A program made the translations under genes and the position numbers. The notes beneath the pieces were generated by a model. The model was given only the letters and a program-made list of their open reading frames with translations, was not told where the DNA came from and searched no databases. A DNA stretch of 63,601 bases, the filler included, from Klebsormidium nitens (Eukaryota; Plantae; Klebsormidiophyceae): NCBI GenBank assembly GCA_000708835.1. It is 8 parts of 8 records of this genome, joined end to end, with 100 filler letters (N's around TTAATTAATTAA, not from the genome) between each part and the next. Parts side by side here need not be neighbours in the genome. Positions count along the whole stretch, not along the records: positions 12,866 to 25,607 come from DF238085.1; 7 more parts are not named here. One strand, 5' to 3'. How positions within the stretch are numbered: position 1 is the first letter of the stretch; each line of letters starts with the position of its first letter. Of this stretch, positions 13,250 to 22,611 are shown one piece after another.

Positions 13250-14300
13250 AGCGCCTTCCGCAAGGTGTGGTTCAACCCGTTACTGAGTGAGGCCGGGCAT
13301 CTTTGCCATTCAGAAGCAGTTTCGCCACCTTTTTGGACCGCACCTTGTCAATGACTTTTAGGAACCGTTAGGGAGAGCCTTGTGCAAGGTGTGGTCCAGT
13401 CCGTTCGTCAGTCAGGCCGGCCATCTCTGCCTTTTTTAGGGAAATGGCTCGAGCACTTTCGCCCCTTGTCGAACCACATCATGTCGAAGATTCTTAGGAT
13501 TCGTTAAAGAAAGCGTTGCGCAAGATGTGGTCCACCCGTGTAGGTCGTTTTGGCCACCGGGCATGTCACGGTTTGTTTTAATTGACTGGACCACCACCTG
13601 TCAGTAATTCTTGAGAACCGTTAGAGAAAGCCTTATGCAAGGTGTGGTCCAATTCGTTCGTAAGTCAGGCCGGCCATCTCTGCCGCTTAGAAGCAAAAAG
13701 CCCCATCATTCTCGTCCCTTGTCGGCCCCTTCCGGAGCAGAGAAGCTGTCTGCTGTTGTGGGGGGGGCTGAAATCTGAGGAAAACTCACCCCCCAGGGAC
13801 AGCAAAACATGTCCGCTGTTTTGGAAGGGGGGGGCAGATTGTCAGCGGACGGACCCCCCCCGAGCACAGAAAGCTGTCCGTTGTTGTGGGGGGGTGAAAT
13901 ATGAGGTGAACGCACCCCCCAGGGACAGCAAAGTATGTTCGCTCTTCTGGGGGGGCAGAAATGGCAGCGAACGGATCCCCCCACAACAGCGAACGCTGTC
14001 CGCTGTTGTGGAAAGTTTGTAATCTGAGGTGAACGCACCCCCCAGGGACAGCAAAGTATGTTCGCTGTTCTGGGGGGTGGCAGAAATGGCAGCAAACGGA
14101 TCCCTTCACAACAGCGAACGCTGTCCGCTGTTGTGGGGGGTTTGAAATCTGATGTGAACGCACCCCCCAGGGACAGCAAAGTGTTTTCGCTCTGGCAGCG
14201 AGAAGGAAGTCGGACCACACTCTGTCAATGATTCTTAGGTGTTAATGATTCTTAGGACAATTAGGAAGAGCCTTGTGCAAGGTGTGGTCCAGCCATGTCT
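13250..14300. repeat. Left array of ~125-bp units with internal inverted repeat GGACCACACCTTG...GCAAGGTGTGGTCC
   Basis: GCAAGGTGTGGTCC-like motif near 13260, 13384, 13520, 13637 and 14278, with reverse-complement partners near 13335, 13470, 13588 and 14212; shared spacer ATGATTCTTAGGAACCGTTAGGGAGAGCC and downstream GTCAGGCCGGCCATC. Confidence 0.85.
13726..14208. repeat. ~120-bp period G/C-run minisatellite (about 4 copies) inserted into the left array
   Basis: Repeated GAGGTGAACGCACCCCCCAGGGACAGCAAAGTATGTTCGC...GGGGGGCAGAAATGGCAGC...CCCCCACAACAGCGAACGCTGTCCGCTGTTGTGG; flanked by GTCGG at 13721-13725 and 14209-14213. Confidence 0.9.
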
Positions 14301-14499
14301 GATGCTATGTGTGATGCTTCTGTGTCGGCTCCTTTCTTCGTGGCAGAGTGAGCGATTGTTTTGAGACAGATCGACCGCTGATAACGAACGCCGCAGGTTG
14401 AAGCTATCACCAACGGGACAACCCAATCTCCGGGCTGGCTGTGGCAAATCAGTAATTTGCTGTTGGCTCATGCGTAGCGCTTCATTCTGCAGGTGGCAG

Positions 14500-16599
14500 G
14501 CTGGCCGTTACAAGGCGGCGCTGATCAGGAGCCCCATGGACACCGCAAAGTCGACGACCACCCGGGCCATCCTCAATGAGCCCCCCCGACCAGAGACTGC
14601 CCTCGCGATCACCTATCGGCAGACACAAGCCAGCGATGCGGCCGGGAAGAACCCCGACTTTGCGCACTACGGCGAATTGAAGACGCAACGCGGGCGCGAG
14701 GTCGGGGGGCGCTTCATCGAGCCTCTCGCGGACAGGGAGCTCTACCCGCGCGTCATCTGCCAGGTCGACAGCCTGCCCGGGCTCCTCGGCGACGACGCGC
14801 GCGCTCCGGCCTTCGAACTGCTCATACTCGACGAGAGCGAGTCGATCCTCGCGCACCTCTCGGCCGACACCCTCTCGGCCAGGCACTTCGTTATCCGGCT
14901 GATCGCCGAGCTGCTTCGCCGCGCGCGCCGGGTCATCTGCCTCGACGGGCATCTGGGGCAGCGGACCTTCGACTTCCTGACGCTGCACAAGATCCGCTGT
15001 TCCCCCGTGCTCTTCAACAAGCACGTGCCGGAGCGGCCTCTTGAATTCGAGTTCCTCGAGGGGCGGGCAGGGCTCCAGCTGTGGGAGAGCGCGATCTTTG
15101 AGGCGCTCGAGGCCGGCCAGAACGTTTTCGTGGTCAGCATGTCGTCGGACAGAGCGCGGGACCTGGGGAGCGTGGTGGCAGAGCGGGGGTTCGTGGCGGA
15201 GGGGCAGATCCTCGTCATCACGCGGCACTCTCACGGGGAGGTGAAACGGGGCCTCGGGAACGTGAATGAGAGCTGGGCGAAGCGACTCGTTATCATCAGT
15301 CCCACGGTGGAGGCGGGGGTAGACTTCAACCGGCCATGGTTCCACCGGATGTTCGTGTACATCTGCAAGAGAAGCACGCACCCGCGGGGGCTCGACCAGA
15401 TGAAGGGGCGGGTCCGGCAGCTGGTCAACCCCTTGGTCCTGTGCTTCGTCAGAAAGGGCATCAACCTGCCGACGACGGGGCCAGAGGGAAGCGGGTACAG
15501 GACTGTGATGGGGAAGAAAGCCGCGCAGGTCCCGAGGCTTGGGGTCGAGGAGACGTACCAGTGGTTTCTCAACCGGGACGAGAGGGTCGGTGCGGGGGTT
15601 TTCTGCGAGGGCCCAATCACGCGCCTTCTTGCTCACAACGAGAAGGAGCTTTTCAATGGCCGGACGCACTTCTACGAGGAGTTCACGGAGCTGTTGGAGA
15701 GCGACGGCCACGTCGTGAGGGGGGTGCGGGTCCTAGAGCCGGCCGAGGGGGGGGAGCCGGGCGGGGGGGATCAAGTCAGGGGCAGGTTTCTGCTCGAGCA
15801 AATGATCAGCGCCCCTGACATCACCCCTGGTCAGTTCGCCGCCATCGAAGCCCGGGTTCGCAGGAATGAGGACTACCCGGGGGAGAGGGTGCAGCTGGAG
15901 AAGTACCAGCTGACACGTTTCTACCGTGTGCGGCAGTTGGCTGCCGACTTCCTCAAGACGTTTGGCCCCTATCCGAACCTTGCGGTCGAGTTCATTCTGC
16001 AAGTCGTCGACCCCGGGTACGACTTTAACAGTCAGGAGATTGGGCGGCACAGGTACGGCCCCCAAAAGGCCGCCATCGCCAAGGAGTTGCTGCAGGTGCT
16101 GGGCTTTCCGCATCCCCTCGCCCACGAGCACGTCACGAGGACCCTTGCAGAGCTGAGAGGGGAATTGGCGGCCACCAGCTACTTCCGGGATTACTCTGAG
16201 AACGTGAAGCTGTTCCAGGCGCGCGCGCGCCCGAACCAGGATGTTCTAGCCAAGCAGAAGTCGGCCACGATCGCCCTGAACCACGTCTTCTCGGAGCTTG
16301 GGTTGCAGCTCGAGGCCGTGCAGAACGGCCGATTGCCACGGAACGCGCAGGGGCGGAGGGGTGCTCGTATTTATGGGGGGTGGAAGCTGCTGCAGAAACC
16401 GAAGACGCGGACACGGCCGGTCGATGGGCCGGTGGGGGTGGATCTCATGGCTCAGCTGTTGAAGTTGCGACTCGAAGATTCATTTGCTCTAAAGTCACGG
16501 ATCGTTCCCGTAGCATTGAGAGAGTACGTTGACGGGGTTCACTTTAGATGGCCAGCGATGGTGACCCAGGATGAAGGGTGTCAGATTGTGGTTGGGTAG
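14500..16599 (+). CDS. UL9/replication-origin-binding-protein-like SF2 helicase (NCLDV/herpes-type) with degenerate Walker A
   Basis: 733-aa ORF: ALIRSPMDTAKS (Walker A position), ITYRQTQA, ICQVDSL, LLILDESESILAHL (Walker B), ICLDGHL, LVIISPTVEAGVDF, QMKGRVRQL. This motif order is typical of origin-binding-protein-like helicases. Acceptor-like TTCATTCTGCAG at 14481-14492. Confidence 0.85.
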   Translation, partial: AGRYKAALIRSPMDTAKSTTTRAILNEPPRPETALAITYRQTQASDAAGKNPDFAHYGELKTQRGREVGGRFIEPLADRELYPRVICQVDSLPGLLGDDARAPAFELLILDESESILAHLSADTLSARHFVIRLIAELLRRARRVICLDGHLGQRTFDFLTLHKIRCSPVLFNKHVPERPLEFEFLEGRAGLQLWESAIFEALEAGQNVFVVSMSSDRARDLGSVVAERGFVAEGQILVITRHSHGEVKRGLGNVNESWAKRLVIISPTVEAGVDFNRPWFHRMFVYICKRSTHPRGLDQMKGRVRQLVNPLVLCFVRKGINLPTTGPEGSGYRTVMGKKAAQVPRLGVEETYQWFLNRDERVGAGVFCEGPITRLLAHNEKELFNGRTHFYEEFTELLESDGHVVRGVRVLEPAEGGEPGGGDQVRGRFLLEQMISAPDITPGQFAAIEARVRRNEDYPGERVQLEKYQLTRFYRVRQLAADFLKTFGPYPNLAVEFILQVVDPGYDFNSQEIGRHRYGPQKAAIAKELLQVLGFPHPLAHEHVTRTLAELRGELAATSYFRDYSENVKLFQARARPNQDVLAKQKSATIALNHVFSELGLQLEAVQNGRLPRNAQGRRGARIYGGWKLLQKPKTRTRPVDGPVGVDLMAQLLKLRLEDSFALKSRIVPVALREYVDGVHFRWPAMVTQDEGCQIVVG

Positions 16600-16879
16600 G
16601 CATCATGATCCACGAGATGCTCTTTGATAGAAGGAGCGAGCGCACGTAATTTGAAATTACATGCGAATTGAGTTATTGACGATGCGGGCTTTTTAATGCG
16701 CCCTATTGACTTTTGTTATGCTCAATTGAAAGATGCTCGACGTGCTATGATTGGATGTGCAAAGCAAGTGGCCACTCCAGTTCCACCACACCCCTTGCAA
16801 GTTCATGACGTGAATACTTTTCATTCCTCATGACGAAGCCGTTTCAAGCCCCAATCTACGCGCTCGTAAGCCAAGCTGG

Positions 16880-17330
16880 CCATTCATGCAATGTAAAAGC
16901 ATGTGCATGGCGAGCAGTTTCGGCCCCTTGTTGGACCACAAGTTGTCAATAATCGTTTGCAAGCCTGCTCTTATACTTGGACGAGCCGTATGCAAGGTGT
17001 GATCCGCCGCCGAATAAGCCGGACCGGCCATCCGACTCTGTAGTATTCGTAAATCAGTCCGGCCATTCACACCATCGAGAAGCATGTGGCGAGCAGTTCC
17101 AGCCGTTTGTCGGACCACACCTTGCCAATCGTTATTAGGAGGACCACGTTTCACTAGGAAGAGTCTCGTGCAAGGTGTGGTCCTGCCGCCCATAAGTTAG
17201 GCCGGCCATCGAGTTACGGACCACACCTTGCCAATGAATGTTAGAAACCCCACTCTTTGCTAGGGAGAGCTATTTGCAACGTGTGGTCCAGCTCAAGTCA
17301 GACCGGCCATCTAGCCATGACAAACCATGC
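16880..17330. repeat. Right array of the same ~125-bp inverted-repeat unit
   Basis: GGACCACA(C/A)(C/G)TTG near 16933, 17112 and 17218 paired with TGCAA(G/C)GTGTG(G/A)TCC near 16991, 17169 and 17275, each followed by GCCGGCCATC-like motifs; same orientation as the left array. Confidence 0.8.
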
Positions 17331-17422
17331 GTTGTCACTAGTCATAAGGAATCCCACTATCAACGGTGGCGTGCAATGGTATCTTGTGATTTTTCTTCGT
17401 GAACGATACGTCAACCGTTTGA

Positions 17423-17944
17423 ATGGATGCAATTCTTGGCTATCGTCCTCAATCGCGCTTTGCGATCATTGAGATGGACAAATGCGTCCTTGAGAGCGCT
17501 CGATCAGCTATTGTAAGATCGTACCAAGAATTTGGCTTGCTAGATACAATATTGGATGCAGCGGCTCTGGCCGGCATGCGAGCTCTTACGGAGCCATTTG
17601 ATCTTCGACATATCACCAGACAGCTTGTACGCTCGCTGGTCGCTGATGGGTTCAACGCATACTGGGACAAGACCAACCTAAACGGCCCATATGCAATAAA
17701 GGTAAGCTGGCGAGCCGCCCTGAATCACGCGTCTCACGCACGACGTCGGGCACGGAAATTGCGAATCTCAGGCGTGCATGAAAAGGGAGTGTTATCTCCC
17801 ACGAATTGCACGGAACCAAGAGCGGTCTCCCCGTCACCCTCTTCTCATGCTCCAAGCGTTGTGTGGGACGACACTGAGCCGCTTTTGGGCCTTGAGATGC
17901 TTGCAAATCCGGAGAAGGCTCGAGTGGCTCACGAAGCGTCTTAA
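17423..17944 (+). CDS. Small hypothetical protein of the island
   Basis: 173-aa ATG ORF; segment RQLVRSLVADGFNAYW...IKVSWR loosely resembles the L-x3-GF...ISW ends of small NCLDV proteins. Confidence 0.4.
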   Translation: MDAILGYRPQSRFAIIEMDKCVLESARSAIVRSYQEFGLLDTILDAAALAGMRALTEPFDLRHITRQLVRSLVADGFNAYWDKTNLNGPYAIKVSWRAALNHASHARRRARKLRISGVHEKGVLSPTNCTEPRAVSPSPSSHAPSVVWDDTEPLLGLEMLANPEKARVAHEAS

Positions 17945-18227
17945 ATCACGTCGCCCAGATAACATGAATCAGCCAAAAGTCCCCATCTTTGAATTCTGTA
18001 CACCGCCAGTCACAGTATCCAGCGCCAGTATAATTTCAGCTGAAAATTGAGTGGGCATCTGGCTTTTTAGGCGGCTTTTACACGCACTCATAACCGTTTT
18101 TACCGTTAAAAGCTGCTACCCATCTCAATTTCGTGAGATTGATTTTGAACGGAGTCATTCATGGTATCTGGAATTGGAGACTTTGAGGTGGTCAAAATTT
18201 CTTGAGAGTATCCAGAAATTGTGAAAG

Positions 18228-19283
18228 ATGCAAGGGTCTGTTGAAACCACGAGACGCATAACCACCGTAACCCAGGGGGAAAGGCTGCTGCGCTCGGCGT
18301 TCGAGGATGGTACTCGAAAGGACCTGACGGTTCAACAATATATGAAGCATGTCGTGCGCTTGTTTCAAGGGTTCAAAAGACAACGAGACTTCACCAGCTT
18401 CGATTGGATCAAGGATGCCAATGGAATCATCAAGTACTTTCAGGAAACATATCCCACAAAGCTGTCAATGCAGGCCACTGGAATCAACCCGCTCTTGGTT
18501 CTCGTGCGGAAAGCATTCCCCGAGGACAAACAGCTCTATGATACCTATTACAAGCGGTACATAGAGGTTCGCAAGCTCATGGAAGATGCGAAGCCTCCTT
18601 CCCAGCAGTTGACTGAGCGGGAAACGGCGAATTGGAAGACCTTGGACGAGATTACGGAGCGCCGAGTAGAGCTGCAAAGGCACGTGAACCGCAAGATCCT
18701 GCACAAGAGGCCCGAAGAATTGACCGATGAGGACAAATTTGTGCTTTTTCGCCACCTCATTCTGTGCCTTTATAGCTATCAACCAGCAATCCGCAATGAC
18801 TACAGCGATTGCCCCATTGTGCGCTTGAACGACATCAAAACGGCCGAGGCACGTGAGATCATGTCCGGTTCTGGAAACTATCTTTTAGAGATTGCACAAG
18901 ATCAGTTTCGTTTGGTATTGAACGATTATAAGACCGTCAAGCACCACGGACCCACTTCGATAGACATGTCAACCCGATGCAACAATGTCAGTGCCGAAAG
19001 CCTTCAGGTCTTCCCCAGAAAGTACCTCTTGTCTCAGATTAAGTCGCCCGACAAGCCGATGAGTCGAAACTATCTGACCAAGTTCTGTAGCACGGGCCTT
19101 TTTAAGGACGCAAGTGTGGGTTCGTGTCTCCTTCGCAAAATTTGCGTCGGTAACCTCTTTAAAGATGCTCCGAGCATTGCCGAGCGCGACGACCTCGCGC
19201 GGAGCATGTTGCACACGGCGGCTATGGCACAGCGGATTTATGAAAAGAAATTTCTCCCGGACGGCTCTCGGATACGGTTTTGA
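18228..19283 (+). CDS. Tyrosine recombinase/integrase of the large-DNA-virus/virophage/PLV type
   Basis: 351-aa intronless ORF with catalytic residues in order: R (QPAIRNDY), K (NDYKTVKHHG), x-x-R (CLLRKI), H (ARSMLHT), Y (QRIYEK); N-terminal helical core-binding region. Confidence 0.85.
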   Translation: MQGSVETTRRITTVTQGERLLRSAFEDGTRKDLTVQQYMKHVVRLFQGFKRQRDFTSFDWIKDANGIIKYFQETYPTKLSMQATGINPLLVLVRKAFPEDKQLYDTYYKRYIEVRKLMEDAKPPSQQLTERETANWKTLDEITERRVELQRHVNRKILHKRPEELTDEDKFVLFRHLILCLYSYQPAIRNDYSDCPIVRLNDIKTAEAREIMSGSGNYLLEIAQDQFRLVLNDYKTVKHHGPTSIDMSTRCNNVSAESLQVFPRKYLLSQIKSPDKPMSRNYLTKFCSTGLFKDASVGSCLLRKICVGNLFKDAPSIAERDDLARSMLHTAAMAQRIYEKKFLPDGSRIRF

Positions 19284-19319
19284 ACGGTTTACAATCTCCT
19301 CGCCATGTGGCAGCTTTTT

Positions 19320-19727
19320 TTAGGACACTTCGATGCCCACGAACGAGCCCAAAGGGAGCGATGGCACTTTGGCATCATCTGACGTGTCTGAAGACGTCAT
19401 TTGATGATCATCGTATTGCCATGCATTATACGGAATCTTTACTGGAAAGCCTGCAACAAAGAGGCGCTTCAGAGTCTTTTGCTGAGATGCATGCCCGTTC
19501 TTGTAGCGCTCAAAGGCTTGGGCCAATAATATTGTATCCCTATGTCTATAGTAGTACCTTTTCGTGTAAGTTTTTCGAGCATCCGGGTGCTTTTCATAAA
19601 AATGCTTAATAGTTGCGCACGCTTTGCAAGTGCAGCAATCGTTTGAAGCGGTTTCATGGTGCAACTCCATGTCACTCAGTACTAATGTCATGGTAAGAAA
19701 ATTTGAACGAAGAAAGATTGGACGCAC
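19320..19727 (-). CDS. Small basic hypothetical protein, divergent from the primase-helicase
   Basis: ORF with CCTCKAC and a basic-aromatic helix (ARKTYTKRYYYRHRDTIL); likely ATG near 19691. Confidence 0.4.
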   Translation of the reverse strand: MRPIFLRSNFLTMTLVLSDMELHHETASNDCCTCKACATIKHFYEKHPDARKTYTKRYYYRHRDTILLAQAFERYKNGHASQQKTLKRLFVAGFPVKIPYNAWQYDDHQMTSSDTSDDAKVPSLPLGSFVGIEVS

Positions 19728-19776
19728 GCGCGTTTGAAACGCCTGATTTAAAATCTTCTCATAATGTCAAAAGAAA

Positions 19777-22497
19777 ATGACAGACGCCCAGGCCAGCCTC
19801 TCAGGACCTCAGGCCGCTCAAGTCCCAAGACCCGTAGGGCCCCGAGCCGTTGCAGAAGAGATTCAACGGCTCTCCAATGTTGGGCTCTATGCAATCCCCG
19901 TGCGCATGTTCTGGAATGAAAAAGAGGGTAGGAAAGATGCCGACTTTCCACACAAATACGCACACATCACGACGCCCGAATTGTGGAAACATTCTATCGA
20001 TGAAGCAATGCGGCAGAGGAAGGACGCCAATGGAGTCGCGATCCTGACACGTCCCAGTCGGGTGTTTGTGGTTGACGTTGACGTTTCGAGCAAAGATAAC
20101 AAAGAGCCGCGGATCAAGCTCTGGAACCGTCTTGTTAACTTGGAACATGGCGAGCCTCAAACACTCAAAGCTCAAGCAGGTTCTGGCGGGCTTCATTTCT
20201 ACTTCAAGGCCAACTCGCCCGGCCTCAAATGCACCCGTAACTTCGAGACCATCAAGGTTGGTGACACTGTCTATCGTATTGACGGTCGAGCTGGTGGAGG
20301 AGTCGTTTATGCTCACCCCGCAAGCTACGTCAAGGATCAGGGAAAGCTTGCGACGTACCAATGGCTCAACGGGCCTCCAAGCTTTGATGCATGCCAGGAC
20401 ATGCCTCTCTGGCTTGCAAAGTTTCTCAACGATCACGTTCAACAGACCGCAACAGACAAAATCGAGACCAAAAAGCACAAATCATGCAATGATGACTCGA
20501 TTGCCACCGCATTTGTCATTGATAACTCAACATCGATGTCATCAGCACCTCTTGGAAATGTGCAAAACACGGAGACACTGCCCGGATTGGAAGGCGCGCT
20601 CCGAGAGATCAAGAGGCTGCTGCGTGATAAAGTGCAAAACGACACCAGCACGTTCAACGGTATTGGAGAAAGGACTCCTAATGGGTGGCAGATCCTAAAG
20701 TTCAAGACAAGCGGCACGCGAACTTGCTTAAATGATCATCAACACGATTCAAACCAATTTAGCATCATGGGCAACGGGTGCATTCTTGTGTACCGCTGTC
20801 TGAGTCCAGGGTGCATTGATCGACCGAAGCAACTGCTGGGCATTCACTTTTGGCCCGAGTGTTTGCCTCTGAGAGTGGAAGGGGAACTTTTCAAGACTTG
20901 CGAGAGCTACATTTTTCCCTTTGAGCCGTCCACAGATGAAACCAACGAGAAAAGGAAGGAAAAGGAGGATGACGTACGAACAAGGAGAGCAAGACTGGAC
21001 TTGCTCGATCTCGCTTTGCGTATCATGAACCATTATTTTGCCGTCGTCCGCTCGACAAAGGCTGTCTACCTGGAGACAATCTACTCGAGAGACGCAAACG
21101 GGCAGCTTGAGTCCGAGGAGACTATCCACCGGTCCGGCCGGGACTTCTTGGAGGTCTGCAGGAACTTCCAACTCCAGAGCCTATCTGGAAAGAGCAAGGA
21201 GGTTGCGAAGTTTTGGGAAAGCAGCCCAAAACGTCGGGAATACGATCAGATTGTGTTCGAGCCGGACCCATCAAAGGTGTCCTCACGACATTTCAACCTA
21301 TTCAGCGGGCTGAGATTAAAACCACTCGACCGCAAATTAACACAATCAGAGCTCGTAGAGTGCGAGGGTCGGATGCCAAAACTCATGTGGCACATTCGTA
21401 ACATTCTGTGTGATCAATTTCCCGAGCGATTCGAGTATAACATAAAATGGATGGCACACAACGTTCAGAGGCCTTGGAAGAAGATTGGAGTGGCCCTCGT
21501 GTTCCGCGGTGGGCAAGGGAGTGGAAAGTCTTCGTTGTGGAAGTTTTATGGATTGACAATCCTTGGCGGCAAGTATTACCTTTACTGCAACGAGATCGAA
21601 AAGGTCATTGGCAAATTCAACTCACTAGGAGCCAACAGGCTACTTATTGTTTTTGATGAAGCCGGAAACTGGGGAGGCGCGTTTCGGATGAATGACCGGA
21701 TAAAGTCCCTAATCACCCCAGAGGAGACGTGTATGGAGCGCAAAGGCCAAGACCCTATCAGCGTGGATGACAAGAGCAACATTGTGTTCACCACAAATAA
21801 CTTCTGGCCTGTCAAACGAGAGGCAGACGATCGCCGATACTCTTGCCAGCAAGTCTCAGATGCCAAGATGGGAAACAAGCAATACTTTGATGAGCTCGTG
21901 GATGAGTTGGAGAAACCCGAGACCGCATATCACTTCCATCGATATCTATCGTCTATTGACATAACCAATTGGGATCCTCAGAAGATGCCGATCACAGCTT
22001 GGGGGGAAGGCTTGAAGGAACACTCGATTCCACCTCACGTCAATATGATGCAAGCGCTGCTCGAGAACGGGTGCTTTCACCCTTCTTTAGAAACGTGGGT
22101 AGCATCGACGGACATCAAGCGGACATATGACATGTTCCTGCTTCAGTTGGACATCAAAGAGGATCGCCATACCGACATCAACATCTTGAGACGCTCTCTG
22201 AATGCCATTTTCAACATGAGGCCTGCGGCACGCTCCATTCAAGGGGTGCGGACACACAAGGGGTGGTGGTTCCCTCCACAGGGCGCTATCTGCGAGGCCC
22301 TCCATAAAGGCAAGCTTTTGAGCTCGACCGTCGAGTGGGTGGACACCTGGCAGCGGCTCGACTATACCGAGGATAAAGAAGGGCCATGGATGACACAACC
22401 CGATGCTCTTCAGCAGCTGGTTGATGCTTCAAAAGAGTCGCGACAATCCGCCGCAGAGCAAAAGTGCTCGTCATGTGTTGGTGGTGAGGAGGAATAG
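19777..22497 (+). CDS. Prim-Pol primase-polymerase + zinc finger + SF3 (D5-like) helicase fusion (906 aa)
   Basis: Prim-Pol motifs NGVAILT..VFVVDVD, AGSGGLHFYF, IDGRAGGGVVYAHPAS; Zn finger CLNDHQHDSNQ...YRCLSPGC; SF3 Walker A GGQGSGKSS, Walker B LIVFDEA, motif C IVFTTNN. Intronless and intact. Confidence 0.92.
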   Translation: MTDAQASLSGPQAAQVPRPVGPRAVAEEIQRLSNVGLYAIPVRMFWNEKEGRKDADFPHKYAHITTPELWKHSIDEAMRQRKDANGVAILTRPSRVFVVDVDVSSKDNKEPRIKLWNRLVNLEHGEPQTLKAQAGSGGLHFYFKANSPGLKCTRNFETIKVGDTVYRIDGRAGGGVVYAHPASYVKDQGKLATYQWLNGPPSFDACQDMPLWLAKFLNDHVQQTATDKIETKKHKSCNDDSIATAFVIDNSTSMSSAPLGNVQNTETLPGLEGALREIKRLLRDKVQNDTSTFNGIGERTPNGWQILKFKTSGTRTCLNDHQHDSNQFSIMGNGCILVYRCLSPGCIDRPKQLLGIHFWPECLPLRVEGELFKTCESYIFPFEPSTDETNEKRKEKEDDVRTRRARLDLLDLALRIMNHYFAVVRSTKAVYLETIYSRDANGQLESEETIHRSGRDFLEVCRNFQLQSLSGKSKEVAKFWESSPKRREYDQIVFEPDPSKVSSRHFNLFSGLRLKPLDRKLTQSELVECEGRMPKLMWHIRNILCDQFPERFEYNIKWMAHNVQRPWKKIGVALVFRGGQGSGKSSLWKFYGLTILGGKYYLYCNEIEKVIGKFNSLGANRLLIVFDEAGNWGGAFRMNDRIKSLITPEETCMERKGQDPISVDDKSNIVFTTNNFWPVKREADDRRYSCQQVSDAKMGNKQYFDELVDELEKPETAYHFHRYLSSIDITNWDPQKMPITAWGEGLKEHSIPPHVNMMQALLENGCFHPSLETWVASTDIKRTYDMFLLQLDIKEDRHTDINILRRSLNAIFNMRPAARSIQGVRTHKGWWFPPQGAICEALHKGKLLSSTVEWVDTWQRLDYTEDKEGPWMTQPDALQQLVDASKESRQSAAEQKCSSCVGGEEE

Positions 22498-22592
22498 AGA
22501 AGAGCATGCACTGGCTCGAAAAAGCAAGAAAGACAAAATCTTTCTGAAGTCGTTGAGTACCAAATAGCTTATTACCCATTAGTATTCTTATA

Positions 22593-22611
22593 ACACACAC
22601 ACACACACACA
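22593..22611. repeat. (AC)n microsatellite between convergent primase-helicase and transposase genes
   Basis: ACACACACACACACACACA read directly. Confidence 0.9.

Noticed and set aside
14482-15711. 409-aa minus-strand ORF, and similar long antisense ORFs over the primase (19801-20478) and KDZ genes
   Set aside because: Shadow frames of GC-rich coding sequence; no motifs, and the opposite strand carries clear catalytic signatures.
13250-17330. Repeat-spacer arrays as a CRISPR-like locus
   Set aside because: The spacers are homologous to each other, units are ~125 bp and degenerate, the context is eukaryotic, and no cas-like ORF is present.
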